A stretch of 64,000 nt of DNA from Chrysomallon squamiferum (GCA_012295275.1 CM022677.1:16306001-16370000); one strand, 5' to 3'. Positions 1 through 15,683 are shown, numbered from the stretch's first letter. A program made the numbers and translations. The notes: generated from the sequence alone by a model not told the origin.

Positions 1-214
1 TTAAAATGTTTATTTACAAATGACGTCATGTCTGAACAAACACATTAACGTCATAAACGCTTTACGTAGCAACTCCATTAGTTTGTGTCTTGCTTTTCGC
101 TAGATGGTTTAAGTAAACATATTGGAATAATTATCAAAATATTTCGATTTACAATTTTCATTTTCTGTTTTGGGTTTTCTTCTTTTCTTTGTCTTCTTCT
201 TCAAATTATTAGGA

Positions 215-250
<36 letters not shown>

Positions 251-1230
251 TTTTTATGATTTGAATTCTTTTTTTATTCTTTAACTGTATACATTATTAC
301 TACGAACAGAATTATTCATTATTGTGACATACTGTGACAAAAGTACCACAATTATTGCTCCAGTTACTACTACTACTACTGCTACTACTACTACTGCTAC
401 TACTATTATAACTACTGCTACTGTTACTACTGCTACTACTATTATAACTACTCCTACTGTTACTGTACCATTGTACAACTATTGATATTGCTACTACTAT
501 AATAACGACAGTTATTATTTATTACTACATATATGACTACTACTACTATTACTACTACCACCAGCACTACTACTACTACAATTACGGCGCTGCTACTGTC
601 ACTGCCACCGCCACTAATCTATTACTACTGCAACAACGACGACTACTATTGTTTCTACCACCGCCACTGCTCAACTACTACTACAATTACGACGTCTACT
701 ATTGTAATTACTGCTACTACTACAACATCATTAACATTGCTTCTGTACATCCACTACTACATCTTAAAAAATCATTATCACTCCTATTACTCTTGCTGCA
801 ACTATTATTCCAAATACGGCAACAGCAGACACAACAACGTCAGCGACAGCAGAGGCAACATTAAGAAAGACATTTTGCTAGAATCTCATTTTTCTGCATG
901 TTGTATCACATAAAACGATCGTTAAGTATCGATTAATCGCTATAAACACGATTTCGCCCTAAATCGATATAAAATGATATTAATAAACTTGTAGTAAATA
1001 TGTCGATCTTAGGATTAGAGCTTTTATAATGTTTCTGTTATCACAAATCAGGACCAGTTCCACAGCTTGATTTGGGATGCGAATAAATAATTGTGTGTGT
1101 GTGTGTGGATTAAAGTGCTCCTGGTTTCGTTAAGTTCGTTACGCTGTAGTGGAAACCTTAGCATGTTAGAGGAAAGCCAGTCAGTTCGAATATTTATTTT
1201 CTTTTGTTTTTTGTTTTACGTTTATGTGTG

Positions 1231-1271
<41 letters not shown>

Positions 1272-1489
1272 TTGTGTTTGTGTGTGTTTGTGTGTTTGTG
1301 TGGGTGTGTGTCTGTTAAAATTTTAAATATTTAGGGAAAATATAAAAGAAGAAAAGAGGAAAGTAACGAAGTATGTTAGATTATAACATCTTTCTAGTTC
1401 CCTACAGTTGAATTTTCCAGTATTAAGTTCTACTGTCGTCTTATCATCACCATCATCATCATCATTCTTCTTTGTTCTTCTTCCAGTTA

Positions 1490-1561
1490 TGATAGTAGTA
1501 GTAATAATAACAGTAACATTAGTAGAAGTAGTAGTAGTAGTAATAGCAGTGATAGTAGTAA

Positions 1562-1617
<56 letters not shown>

Positions 1618-1634
1618 GTTGTAGTAGTAGTGGC

Positions 1635-1695
<61 letters not shown>

Positions 1696-1703
1696 CTAGT
1701 AGT
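1490..1703. repeat. (GTA)n microsatellite
   Basis: Read directly. Confidence 0.95.
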
Positions 1704-2057
1704 ACGGATGGTAATGTGGGAATAGTTTAATCAATGAAGTATGCAGGCAGATGATGAAGAGATAAGATGAAGTTATAAATTACTTTCTCAGTTTTATCTT
1801 TGTCATTTCATCACAATTTAGTTATTTGTTACTCTATTGATCGCCTGTTTTTTTTTTTTTTTTTTAACCGTACAGTGGACCCTCGATTTAACGCACTAAT
1901 AGAGGTGTCCGTTATTGGCAGGTATTTTGAAATGATAATATTTTATTATTATGTTACTGTATTTTTAATAGTTTTAATAATTTTAATAATAAATGTTTAG
2001 GAAACTAATACAGGGTTGAAGGAATGCATGTTAATGGCGAAATGCATATATCAGTCC

Positions 2058-2262
<205 letters not shown>

Positions 2263-3296
2263 ACCTAACTATATAGCTATCTGTTTATCTATTCATCTAT
2301 CTCTTTATTTATCTATCTGTCTGTTTAGCTATATCTATCTTTGTAGTTATGTATGTATATATGTGGTATGCATATATGTATGTATATGTATGTACGTATG
2401 TATGCATGTATTTATGTATACATGTATGCATATATCTCTCTATCTGTCTGCTTATATCTATCTATCTGTGTTTGTGTGTGTGTGTGTGTGTGTTCTAATA
2501 ATGTTCCCCCTAAGTCCTAAGCCCTTTATAACGAAGTAGGTTTACTGTATTTGCTATCAGTGCATTTCGGCTAGCGGATCGATAGCCCTCCTTAAACAGT
2601 GCTTTGCGTGGCTAATGACATAAAACCGGATCTCAGCCGGCGTTTATCTTGTCTTCGCGATGAAACGATAATCAGAGAGAACAGCGATACTTATCGAGTG
2701 GGAGGGGACGGGTGATTAATCGCGTTTGTTATAACGATATTTCACGATCAAATGTCGTTAAATTGTATTTTCAATGTTGTTGCTGTGAATTAGCTTTGCA
2801 TGGAAATTCTCTCCTTTGTTCCTTTGCCGGTCATCGTTTATTTGTTCCTGTTTAGTCTTTCTTTCAATTCGTTGATGAGTCTGAATTTTGGCGTTTTAAA
2901 GTCAATTTGGTCTTTCTTTTTTTTCAGATTTCNTGTTAAGAGTTGTTTCGTTTGTCTCATTTTTTTTTTTTTTTCGGATTAGTGGTCTGATTTGTTTTTG
3001 AATTGATTTTTCATTCAGTTATTTTGTCAATTCTTCCGCTCATTCTTTTTCTCATTTCTTTCTTTAGTTGGGTATTTGTTTGGTTGAATGACGATGATTT
3101 TTTCATTCTTCATTTGTTATTTTGTTCAATTCTTCTCTCATTCCACTGGGTTTTTCAATTATTATTTTTAATTCCTTCATTTTCAGTCGTCAGTTTATTA
3201 ATTATTTTATTTATTTTTGATTATTGTTCACTGTTATTGTCATTTATTTTCTTCGTTTATTCTTATTATTCTGTCATTATTATTATTATTATTTTA

Positions 3297-3334
<38 letters not shown>

Positions 3335-3352
3335 TATTATTATTATTATTAC

Positions 3353-3413
<61 letters not shown>

Positions 3414-3724
3414 TATTAAAACGTTTCCAGATCATGGTTCTTTCTTAATTTGTCAACTTGGTTCTATTTTTATTAATTTTAATTCTTCATAAACTCATTT
3501 TTGTTTTATTTTATAAAAAATTTTGTATAGTTATAAATATTTTATTTTTACATGACCATCTTTCATTGAATTATTCATTCCTCTTTTTTGTAATTAATTC
3601 ATTCGTTCTTTCTGAAGCAAACATTTCTATTTTCTTAAGTTCATCTGCGTTCTGCTTTAAAAACTCAATCAAACTCCACCAATAGTTTTGATCAAGGAGA
3701 ACTCAACCGATTAATCCCGAACTG

Positions 3725-4010
3725 TTTATACTACACTTCCGTTTCCGGTCTATGCTAATAAACACGCGCCAGCAGACGGCGCGGCGATTATACTTCCGGT
3801 TAACTGAAACAAAGTAGAGAGAAAACGGTAAAACTCGTTTTATGTTTTGAAAAAACGTGACGTTTGTCACGGAAACTGCCGAGGTGTTTGTGATGTGAAT
3901 GTTTCAGTAACGTTAGAACGTTACAACACGGCTGTTTAGAAGATAAATGACGGCAATCGTTTGTGACAAGGTTCGTGCGGAAACGTAAAAACCGGGAAAG
4001 GCCGAGCTTG
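3725..4010. promoter_or_regulatory. CpG-rich, ETS-motif promoter/enhancer-like island
   Basis: ACTTCCG (3735), TTTCCGG (3742) and ACTTCCGG (3792-3799, reverse complement of the ETS site CCGGAAGT), with dense CpG. A possible donor AAG|GTTCGT lies at 3970/3971. Confidence 0.35.
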
Positions 4011-4308
4011 ATTGTGTTTTGAAACTCTTTACTGAATTATTCATTTTGAATAGTTTTAAAAGTGTTGCACTTTTAACTTTTTGTAATGCAGCTAATTTAG
4101 TAAATTAAAGCATGGGGGAAAAAAGAAAAGAAGAAGATACACTTTTTCTAGAAAAGTAAAACGGGGAATGTTTTTCAAAAAGTTATTTGTTAAAATCTGA
4201 ATATCTGAAGCATTCAACTTTCACAGCTTTATGTGCTAGAATTTGGTCAGTTTTTAATCATTATCATTATTATTTCTATTGGTTTTAGTTAAAGAGATTG
4301 GTATATAT

Positions 4309-4409
<101 letters not shown>

Positions 4410-6529
4410 TTTAGTCAAATGAGTACATGGAGGCAGTTTTGTTATTAGAATTTGGTTTTAACTGGTTTGAACAGTTTTCTAATTTGAAGGGTCATGACAG
4501 ATTGCTCTTGAAACTTGACTGAAAAATTATTTAAAAATTAACGATGTTTGCTACATGAGAAAATATATCATAAAATAATAAAATGTATTTACTTAAATAA
4601 ATATATCATATTCAAAGGTTTTTGAATTTTTTCCCTTATTTTTCAGTTTGTAATTTATCTCCTTTTCTTCGTCTTTTTTCTGTTCATATTTTATTCTTCT
4701 TCTAATTCTCTGTATTCCGTTTTTTCTTTCTTTCTTTTTCTTTCCTTTACTTCATTTTCTTTTTCTTCGATTTTCTTCTTTTTTCTTTTTAACCAAGAAC
4801 ATGTGATCAAAAACAGGCTACAAATTAAAAAAAACTAAGACTTTAAGAAGGCAGAAAAAAACCCAACTAACTGCGTACTCCGTCTTAAACTGAAGAAAAG
4901 GAAGAAAAAAAATAACTTGTAGAAAAAATGTAAAGTAAAAAAAATATATAAGTTAAAAAAAAAAAAAAAAAAAAAAAGAAAAGAAAATTTTAATAGGATT
5001 AAAAAATTTACGTTTACTACAGGTCGACAAATCCTTTCTTTCCAACCAATTTTATATTCTTTTTTTTTTTCTGTCCATCTTAATGGTATTTTTAGGATAA
5101 AGAAAAAAAAAAAATTATAAACTAAAAAAAGTAATGGCAGAAGTAGTAGCAGCAGTAATAATGATGATGACAACCATCAGATAAGAAGAACAAAAAATGA
5201 AAAAAAAAATCTTAAAGTAAAAAGAAAATGAAAGAAAAAGAAAAAAATAAGGAAGAAAGAAGCTGAAAAAAAAATGGTAAGATTATCGAAAATTTATAGA
5301 AGTTTTAAACCATCCTGACTACAAAATATTTTTCTACTAGCAGCATGGAAAATATCTTCTTATATGTAATAATAGATGTACAGGTAGATAGATAGGTAAA
5401 TGGATAGAAAGACAGACGGACAGACGGACAGACAGACAGAGAAACAGTCATACAGACAGGTAGATAGATAAGTAAATAGGCTGGTAGGTATGTAGATTGT
5501 ACATACTGTATAAACGGTCAGAAAAACAGAGCGTTAGAGAGTTAGAGAGAGAGATAGAAAAATGGCGACGAACACACAGACAGAACTAATCGATAAATAT
5601 CTAAGCTGGATTGGATCAGTCGACGCACGGACAGTGAAACACAATGACAAATACGACAGAGAAAAAAAAAAAAAACCTGAAGAAAATCACTGGTGTATAT
5701 TTTATCCTTACGACTAAAGAGATCCTTGGAGATTTGGAAAAGGGGAGGTAAGCCGTGTGATTTATTGTTCAACTAGCCAATAAAACAAAAAGCTAACTGC
5801 AGTATGTTTGGATTACGTAAATGAGATTTTGGTGGTGTGTTTGTTTTTTTCTGCTTACAGTCTGGTGTTAACGGGAAAAAGCCGCGGTCACTTCAGGAAC
5901 CGTTAAGAACGGAAATAAATAACGGTTTCTGTTAACACATGTAATGTCGTTTTTTACGTTCTTTTTTCTTTTTCGTTCTTCCTGGTTTGTTTCTACGTCA
6001 TTTTAACGTTTGTCTTGTCTAACGATAGAGATAGACTTTCACGCGGCCATTTTTCATTTCTCATCGAGTCACTTGCTTAACAAAAAAAAAAAAATCGTTA
6101 AATCATTTTGACTCTGCTTCGGTCATTGATACGTTTGTCTTCTTTTAAACTTCGTTTCTGCCAGCGATAAAAGCTGAGTACATTGATTCGTTGCTTGTTA
6201 TCAGGTATTTGATGACATAATTTTTTATTATTATATATTTTTTTTTTTAATGAAGTGTTAAATTCATCGACTATTAAATTTACTTCTTTAGACATATCAT
6301 CAAATATTGATTTTTTTTTTAAATATTTAGAATATATTCATTATTTTTCAATCATCGACCATTTCATCTCAACCACTTCTTTAACGAAATCAGTAAATTA
6401 ATTTTGTTAACTTTCCGTTATCGGTCATTTAACGTCTGCTGTCTGTCAAACCGTTAAAACAATTTTGTTAATCACTGTCTAAATACCTCGCTTAGATACA
6501 TTAATACAAAACACCGTTCTCAACTTTAT

Positions 6530-6825
6530 TGATTACTCAGCAGACTAGAACGTACTGATAAATTTTCTAACGTAGACTATAGAATGTAAAAAAAAAAAAA
6601 AAAAACCTGTTTAATGACAACACTAGAACACACTGAATTTCTAACATAAGCTACTTGACTATCAAAGATTTATTCTGGCACCTCGAAAACTCACAGATTA
6701 ATTTTCTGTCATAAACTAAAACTTGTGTAATAACAGCACTAGGACATGGTGACTAATTTTCTGTTACAGTCTGCTGAATGTAAGATAATGTTTAATGACA
6801 GTATTAAAACTCGATGATTTACATC
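6530..6825. repeat. Old degenerate tandem repeat, ~55-75-bp period, ~5 copies
   Basis: Recurring CACTAGAACA..TGA..AATTTTCT..CATAAACTA-like core and TTTAATGACA at ~6610 and ~6791. Confidence 0.6.
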
Positions 6826-6873
6826 ACAAATAATTGGAAGTTAAATTCTCCATAACGATACCAAATATACGAA

Positions 6874-6920
<47 letters not shown>

Positions 6921-8019
6921 AGATAGGTCTGTGTGTGCATAAATAATAAATAGAAGAATGTAAAAACATCTAGAAGACATATTTTACAGCAAAAAATATG
7001 GGTAAATTTCAAAACAGTTCCTTTTATAAGTTCGCAGTATTAATATTTAATATTCCTAGCAGACGGCTTTTACGTCTGTTCATGTCTGGGAAATGGAACA
7101 CTCTATCGGAAAGGGTCAAGGTCCTATAGAGTAAATATTTAAAGATAAAAGTACGTGTATATTAAATTTACTACAGCGCAAAAGATTTTCCTTATATATT
7201 TGTTGATCGTGAACACACAAACAAACATGTCTGCCATGAGCAACAAACAAAGTTACTGAAAGAAACATGACAAAATCTTTAGAATATTCCAACCTGGCCA
7301 TGTTTGGCCTTTAATTAACAAACGAAAAGGCTTAACTAAACGATCAAACAAAGCCAGAAACAAACAGACTGACACACAAAGCGAAAATCCAAGCTTTAGA
7401 ATTTTCTCGCTTGCAGTCTGCTTCGGACCCATTTCAGCTTTTTTTTTCTTTTTTTTTTCTTCAAGTTTGTGTAAATATTCGAAGTGTTTTCACGAACTAT
7501 TGCAAAGAATCGCTAACATTGACAGAAAAAGTTATCGTAAAGAATTACGGAAATTACCGAATGTCGTGATAAAGGGGAAGTAATTTAGTTTTTCGTAACT
7601 CGGTGAAAAATGTCGCGGTTTCGCTTGGTCGCTAATGACATTTCGTTATAATGAAAAAAAAAAAAAAAAAGAAATGTTGTATATTTTGTGTCGACAAGTG
7701 GGTGTGTTGATAACTTGTTTTCCTGTTTTTGAAGCAGATAAGATTAAATGATAAAAAATAAAATATAAAAAAAGTGAGTGAAAAAACAGTAAGAAAATAT
7801 TGTTTCGCTTTTCTTTTGTTTATATGGGGAAAAAAAAAAAAAATATTGCTAATGCCAATTCGATATTTTTTATTTACCTTATCACGAAAGATCTCCATAA
7901 CACTAATGCGTGTAGATAGATAAAGATAAACTGATAGACAAGCAGAGAGATACGTAGATAGACAGAGATAGATGTAGATACACACAGATATTGATCACAC
8001 GTTTGTGCAAATTTGTGCG

Positions 8020-8124
<105 letters not shown>

Positions 8125-8141
8125 GTCTATCTATCTATCTA

Positions 8142-8204
<63 letters not shown>

Positions 8205-8658
8205 GAAATGTAGAAAGGAAAGAAACGGTACGAAATGTAGAAAAGAATGAAAAAAAGATAAAACAAAAACAAAAAACGAAATGCACTAAGAATTGAAAAA
8301 TAAAATATATAGCGATCTCACAGAAATGTTTATCATGAATCTCAAATGAAATCGATTTTACAAGATTGTAATTCATCTCCCTTTTTCAGGAAAAATAAAA
8401 AATAAAAAAATTAAAATAAGAGATAGACAAAGAAAAAGAAATAACTGGAAATAGCAACAACGGCAAAAACAACAACAAAAAAAGAGCAAATTATTACTGG
8501 TGGAACGAACCATGAAGAAATGATTATTTGTTTCAAATAAATAATTTATTATTTCCTTTATTAAAAACAAGAAAGAAAACTGCGCTGATACATGAGATAT
8601 TTTGTCTCAAACTGTGTTTAATTTGATTTTTTTTTCTCTCGTAATAATTTTTAGTTTT

Positions 8659-8744
<86 letters not shown>

Positions 8745-11700
8745 ATGCAAACGCACAGGCATGTACACATAAAAGGATAAATATGCATACATTCGTACAC
8801 ACAGACACATACATATAGAAATACACACATTAAAAAAAAAAATTGTAATGTTATTGGAAAAACGAAATATCTAAAACACGGTGTTAAGTATCTTTGTTAC
8901 AAATATGATTCATGCTGTCGGCGTATTTTGTTGTCGTTCTTTTACATTTCAACTGGAATTCGACACTTTTTCCCATTTTACATCCGATGACGTCATATGA
9001 TCGCGTGACGTTTTTACCATTTCGCACTTGTATCGTGTTGTGATTTGTATGTTTCATTACCACCCATGTCTTTTTACTAGACCGAATTTAAAAACAAAAA
9101 AAAAAAAAATAGAAATAAAAATAAATATATAAAATAAAAAATTAAATTAGAAAACAAACAAAAAAAACAAACTATAAATAATGATAATAGTAATAAAACA
9201 ATATTTTATCAAAATTAGTAGTAGCATTAGCACGTCAGCCATCATACAACTACTACTATTAATACTACTACAACTACTACTATTACTACTGCTGCTATTA
9301 CTACTATTACTACTACTACTACCACAAATACCATACTACTGCTGCTACTAGTACTATTACAGTTACTAATAATACGATCACCACCATCACAAACACAACT
9401 AGCACTACTGTTATTACCACCATTACAGCAGCTACCGCTACTACTATAGCTACTACTACTACTACTACCACTACTGCTAATACGACTACCACTTGTGTAA
9501 CTACTTCTACGACTACTACTACTACTTCTAATATCAATATTACCACTACTGTCATTACTACTTCTACTACTACTATTATCACGACTTTAACTACTGCTAC
9601 CATAACTACTACGACTACAGCTACTTCAGCTGTACTACTTTTATTCGTTGTTATCCTCTTACTACTTCTAATACTACTTCTGTCACTACTTCTGTATATA
9701 CTACTATTGCTATTACAATATTTTCTGCTGTTATTAATACTTTCGTGATCACTGACATTATAATAAAGGTCACGTGTCACATTAAACGTCAGCATAAAAT
9801 ATTTTCTTTTATCTTCATCATTCATTTTATTGATCATTCCGTCCTTCTTTCCTTCCGTTCGTCCATCCATTTTTTTGTACTTTTGCTTATTTATTAGTGC
9901 ATTCGTTATTTTTTCTCTCTCTCTCTTTCGTTCTTTCGCTCGTCTCAACTAATCCTAGTTAGTCGAAGTCAATAGCTGTATCATGCAAGCTTGTGTTTTC
10001 TTCTTTCTCCTCAATTTTCATTCACGGATCAATAAATGATGTTTCATGTTAAACAGACCGGATATAAAGACTATGTGAATACAACAAGATTGTCAACGAA
10101 AGAAATGCTCATTCACGAATATAATTTAATTTTCTTAAAGTACATTATTTTTTTTTTTTTACTCTTTTAAAAATTTCTATCCTTTTTTGGGGGGAGGGAG
10201 GAAGGGAGTTCTGTCTGAAGGTCACGCACGTACGTTCTAAACACGCACACACACGCTTTTCACTCTCTCGCTCTCTAGATAACATACACACTCACGCAGA
10301 AACACATATACGCTCTCGCTCGTGCCCTTTCTCCGCATTCCTCTCAGTCTTACACGCACGCACACACACACACGCACGTACTTTTATCTGACATAAAAGG
10401 TTAATCCTTTACTTTGCCCTCCGTCTAGTTCCATCAATTCTGAAAAAAAAAAAAAAACTTGAAGCGAGATATTTTATTTCATGACAGCCCTTTTCAGCCT
10501 CCGGGTAACAATTACTGACGTTCTCCTAAGTAGGATTAAAGGGATTCTCGCGGTAATCCTAGCATAATCCCATTTGATAACGTTTCCTGAATGTCCCAAG
10601 TGATTGCTATAAGCATTGAGTAATACAGGGCAACGTGCACGCGTTCAGAAAAAGAAAAAGGTAATGCATGTGCACGAGCGAAAAGATACGTTCATTTAAT
10701 TAATTAACACAAACGACATTTTCCATTGATTCGCTTGGTGAGATGTGGCTGGTTCACAGGAGTGTCTTTGTGAGAAAATAAAAAAAATCATAATGTTCTT
10801 CTGAAATGAAAGGAACAAATAGATGAATCAATTGCCGATGGTAATGGCGGTGGGTGTATTAGTTGTATGCTTGTAGTAATGACAGCTGAAATGGTCAGTT
10901 AGTAGAAGACTTGGTAGCATTTCAAAATCCAGGAATAAGTACCAGCAAAATGACCAAGGTAATTTCAGAAGTAAGGTTACTGGTAGGAATAGTGGTATAG
11001 AAATATCAGTAGTAGCAGTAGTAGTATTAGCAGTTACAGTAGTAGTAGTTGTTGTAGTTGTACTAGTAATATCAGCAGCAGTAGTGGTAATAGTATTACG
11101 CATAACAGTAATTAGAGAAATCTTACGATCTTATTATTTCGACTACATATTAAAAAGTGTACCAGTAATCGTGTTAACGGTGATGGTGGTGGTTGTAGTT
11201 GTAGTAGCAGTCGTAGCAGTCGTAGCAGCAGTAGTAGTACTAATGGTGGTTGTGTTAGTATTAGCACTAATGTCACCAAACCATTCTACTGCTATTTTAC
11301 TATTAATTACTGCCACTACAACAATTTATAGTATTCGTAGTAGCAGTAATGGAAGAAGTAACAGGAATGACGTTGTATCTATTCCATCAACAGTAGCGAC
11401 TGCAGCTGCAGAAATAGTAAAAGTAATATACCTTCTTCTTAATAATCTACTATTGCTTCTACTATTAATACTACTACTGCTACTACTGCTACAACTGCTA
11501 CTAATAATGTTACTACCACTATCGACACAGATACTTCTATTGCTACTACTACCACTACTACTGCCGTTATACTACCATCGCTACTATTACTACTGCTATA
11601 ACTATTACTAATTCTATTATTACTACTATTACTAGTACTATCGCCACTACTACTACTATCACTAATACTACAACAGCTATTCTATTTACTACTACTATAA

Positions 11701-11859
11701 TCACTACAACCACAACTACTGCTAAAGTACATCGAACTGGATCTAGAGAACAACATAACAAAAAAAAAAGGTGACAGGTCTGAACAAAAAGCGTCACAAT
11801 ATAATATTCTCCGAATTTTTATTATTTTTTTTTTTTTTCATTAGGTGAATAATCAATGT

Positions 11860-12110
11860 TTTAGCAGCGACTGCCACGTCGTTAACACCTCCCGTAACGA
11901 CGGCTACTGGCTTTGCCTAACGGCCAATTACGAGGCTATATAACGCCGTACAACGATATCAGTGTGTATCGCGAGTCGAAAGAGCGTTTTATGTCGCGTG
12001 GCCTAGCTTGTTTTTCCAGTAATGAATTCGCTTTATTACGATCTTGTACGTGTCTGTGGGGAGAAAATTTGATTTCTGGTCCCAGCGTCGGGTCTTGATT
12101 GGTTCCTTGG
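11860..12110 (+). promoter_or_regulatory. CpG-rich island with CCAAT, TATATAA and TCAGT motifs
   Basis: GGCCAAT near 11922, TATATAA at 11937-11943 and TCAGT at 11959-11963. The TATA-Inr spacing (24 nt) is shorter than canonical. Confidence 0.22.
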
Positions 12111-12270
12111 AGTGCTACGTAGATGTTAAGAGATTAGAAAATCTTTTTTTTTTTTTTTTTTGATGATGGTGTTGATAAAGAAAAAAAAAATGGGAGTGGA
12201 GAGTAGGATATTCAGAAACTGGTTGATATAAGAACAGTTACAGAGAAGAAAGGATTTACTATATGTGTAT

Positions 12271-12379
<109 letters not shown>

Positions 12380-12994
12380 AGAGTTTATATAACAAGGAGA
12401 AAAACCCACAAACAACCCCAAAGGATCAAAACAAACACACCAACAACAACAACAAAATAAAAATAATAAAGAAACTTGAAAAAAAAAATAATAAAGATAA
12501 TATATAATAAATAATAAACAAACAAAAAAAAAACACAAGCAAAACAAATATTAAACAAACAAAATCTCAAGAATCTGATCTCAGAAAACACAAAAAGCTC
12601 CCTCTCTCACTCGTTTTATTCTCGCTCAAACTTCAGCACTTTTATCTGCGCTGAAACCGAAGAAAACTGAACTTCCATTAAACCAGTGTTTCTCGCGTTT
12701 TGTTTTATCCTTATTACGTGTCAAACAAATTACGTTTTATTGAAACACACTGAGTCGAGAATGATTCTACGTAATGGTTATTACGTGTCATTCGTAATGT
12801 GGTGTTACAGTCATATTTCAGCGTATAAAACACACCGTAGAAATTTTATAGGACGTCACGTGGTCTTCTTGTACATGATGGTTAGTGGTTAGCTTTAAGA
12901 GAAAGCGTGTTTAAGTCACTGGTTTATTTACTGTTACTAATACAACTACTACAACATCTTTGATGCATTATTAATAGATCGAGTACAGCTGTTG

Positions 12995-13024
12995 CTATTA
13001 CCATTACCATTATTACTACTGCTA

Positions 13025-13060
<36 letters not shown>

Positions 13061-13608
13061 TTACTGCAACTACTACTAATATTACTACTACTACTACTAT
13101 TGCTACTATTACTATTACTACTACTAAAATAACTATTAATACTTCTATTACTAGTACTATTACTACTACTAAAATAACTACTAATACTTCTATTACTAGT
13201 ACTATTACTAGCACACTATCATACTATACTGTTTCTACTATAGCTACTGCTTCTAATACTACTACTGCGACTACTATTAGTATAGTTACTAATACCACTA
13301 GTGTTCGTATTGGTTTTGTTAGGAATAATATGAACTTCTTCTGCTAGTACTATTACTAATACTAATACTAATACTAATACTACCGTTAATAGTTTTACGA
13401 CTAGTACTGGTACTGCTGCTGCTGTTAATACTAACAAAATGGCTATTCCTGCTGTTACGACTAAAATTATAACCTCTACTATTAATTATATTATTATTTT
13501 TACCACCACCTTAACGACTACTGCTACTACTACTACTACTACTATTATTATTATTATTATTATTATTATTACTACTACTACTATTACTATTACTGTTACT
13601 ACTACTAC

Positions 13609-13641
<33 letters not shown>

Positions 13642-13990
13642 TACTACTACTACTATTACTACTACTACTATTACTGCTACTATTACCAATACTACTACTA
13701 ATACTAACACTATTACTACTACTACTACCATTATAATTATAATTATTATTATTACTATTACTATTACTATAACTACTACAACTACTACAACTGCTACTAC
13801 TACTACCATTATTGATATTATTATTATTATTATTACTACTACTATTACTACTACAACTACTACCACTACTACTACTACTACCATTATTGATATTATTATT
13901 ATTATTATTATTACTACTACTATTACTACTACTACTACCATTATTACTATTATTTCTACTACTGCTGCTAATACCATTGTTACAGCTATT
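12995..13990. repeat. ~1-kb compound (ACT)n/(ATT)n low-complexity tract
   Basis: Read directly; it is the source of the poly-T/I/V/L ORFs. Confidence 0.92.
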
Positions 13991-14443
13991 ATTCCTGCAA
14001 GTGTATCCATTACTATATTATATATATATATATATATATATCAGAACGAATCATGCCCTACTCTTCAACAAACTCCCGCTGATAAGCAATCGTACTTTCT
14101 CCGGAAACTAACGAAGTATACTTCCTAGCACGCTATCGGCAAATTCTTGTCTTAATACAAAAACGAACGAGAACGTGCTGGGGGGATGTGGCGGGAGGGG
14201 GGTACAGTGACACCAAAACACCAGTACGAAAGAACTGATCTACGTCACGTTAAACCAATTATTAAGTCCAAAATATTAGCTTCGGTAAATAGCCTGTCGT
14301 GTTTGGCCCTCGGAAACAAAATGGCTACCGGAAAAAGTGTACGAAGCTGGTATCCTCCGTGTCTTGAAGGAGAGAGATGAGAGAAATGATGTGGTTTTTG
14401 TTTTTAGAGTTGACATAAGATAAAAAATGAAATAGAAGGTTAG

Positions 14444-14490
<47 letters not shown>

Positions 14491-14525
14491 GTTGTTGTTG
14501 TTAGTGTCTGAGGGGTCAGGTTAGG

Positions 14526-14560
14526 TGCGAGTGGTCGAGTGGTTAGAGCAGGGTGGTAAG
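14526..14560 (+). mobile_element. tRNA/SINE 5' fragment (A box only)
   Basis: GTGGTCGAGTGGTTAGAGC is a typical tRNA D-arm/A-box string. It is truncated by (GT)/(AT) repeats and has no B box. Confidence 0.35.
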
Positions 14561-14598
14561 AATAGTGTACATGTGTGTATGTATGTGTGTGTTAGAGA

Positions 14599-14630
<32 letters not shown>

Positions 14631-14769
14631 CACAAACTACTATATATATATATATATATATATATGCACATATATATCTGTGTGTGTGTATGTTTGTATA
14701 TATATATATGAAAGTATGTAAGTATGTATGTATGTGTGTCTGTGTGCATTTTAAGATTTTGAATATTAT

Positions 14770-14950
14770 CAGTCTTATGTACGTCTGATTAGACTCTGCA
14801 CTTAGACAATATTCGGGAACGCACTGGCGCAGGAGGACAAAGTTCAATCACGTCCTCACAAACCCGTCAGATGCCGCTGACGAGACTCGAACTTGTGACA
14901 CCCATTCACCCGCACTCCGAAGGCGGACGATCTTACCGTTCGGCCATGAA
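14770..14950 (-). mobile_element. tRNA-derived SINE (Pol III head + body)
   Basis: The minus strand reads TGGCCGAACGGTAAG (A box, 14946-14936) ... AAGTTCGAGTCTCGT (B box GTTCGAGTC, 14892-14884, in a T-arm-like stem). About 110 bp of GC-rich non-tRNA body follows. I could not build an intact cloverleaf. Confidence 0.7.
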
Positions 14951-15199
14951 GATAACCAATATGTGCACATGTCAATAGCAGTAATAACAGTCTCTGTCTG
15001 TCTTTCTGTTTGTCTTTTACTCTGACTTTATGTCCTTCTGTCTGTCTGTCTATATATCTACATATCTATAGGTCTACCGTTTGCTGTATATGCCTATCTT
15101 CGTACCTACCTGTCTGTATATCTGTCTACCTTTCTATATATCTAGCTATCTCTCTGTCCATCTATTTATCTTTCTGTTTATTATTTATTTATTTCTCCA

Positions 15200-15337
<138 letters not shown>

Positions 15338-15648
15338 TACTGATGGAGAAACCAAGAGAGAGAAAAAGTCAATAAGAAAGATGAAAACAAAATAATAATA
15401 ATAATAATAATAATAAAGTCCCAGAATATACGGTTAAAGAGAGAAAAAGACAATGAATAAATGAACTACCGTTTTAGTATTTTTCCATTAATTTGTGAAC
15501 AGGAAATAAAAGCGATTTAGCGTTGATGGGGAAGAAGACCTTGCTTTTTTATGTATTTGTCAAACGACATTTTGATAGCCCCGGTTCTTTTATACTGAAG
15601 CGAAATGACAGCTGTGTGCCAACAGCATCAAGCGATCTTAAGGAACAT

Positions 15649-15683
<35 letters not shown>

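Noticed and set aside
2933-2933. Single N base
   Set aside because: It is an assembly ambiguity, not a biological feature.
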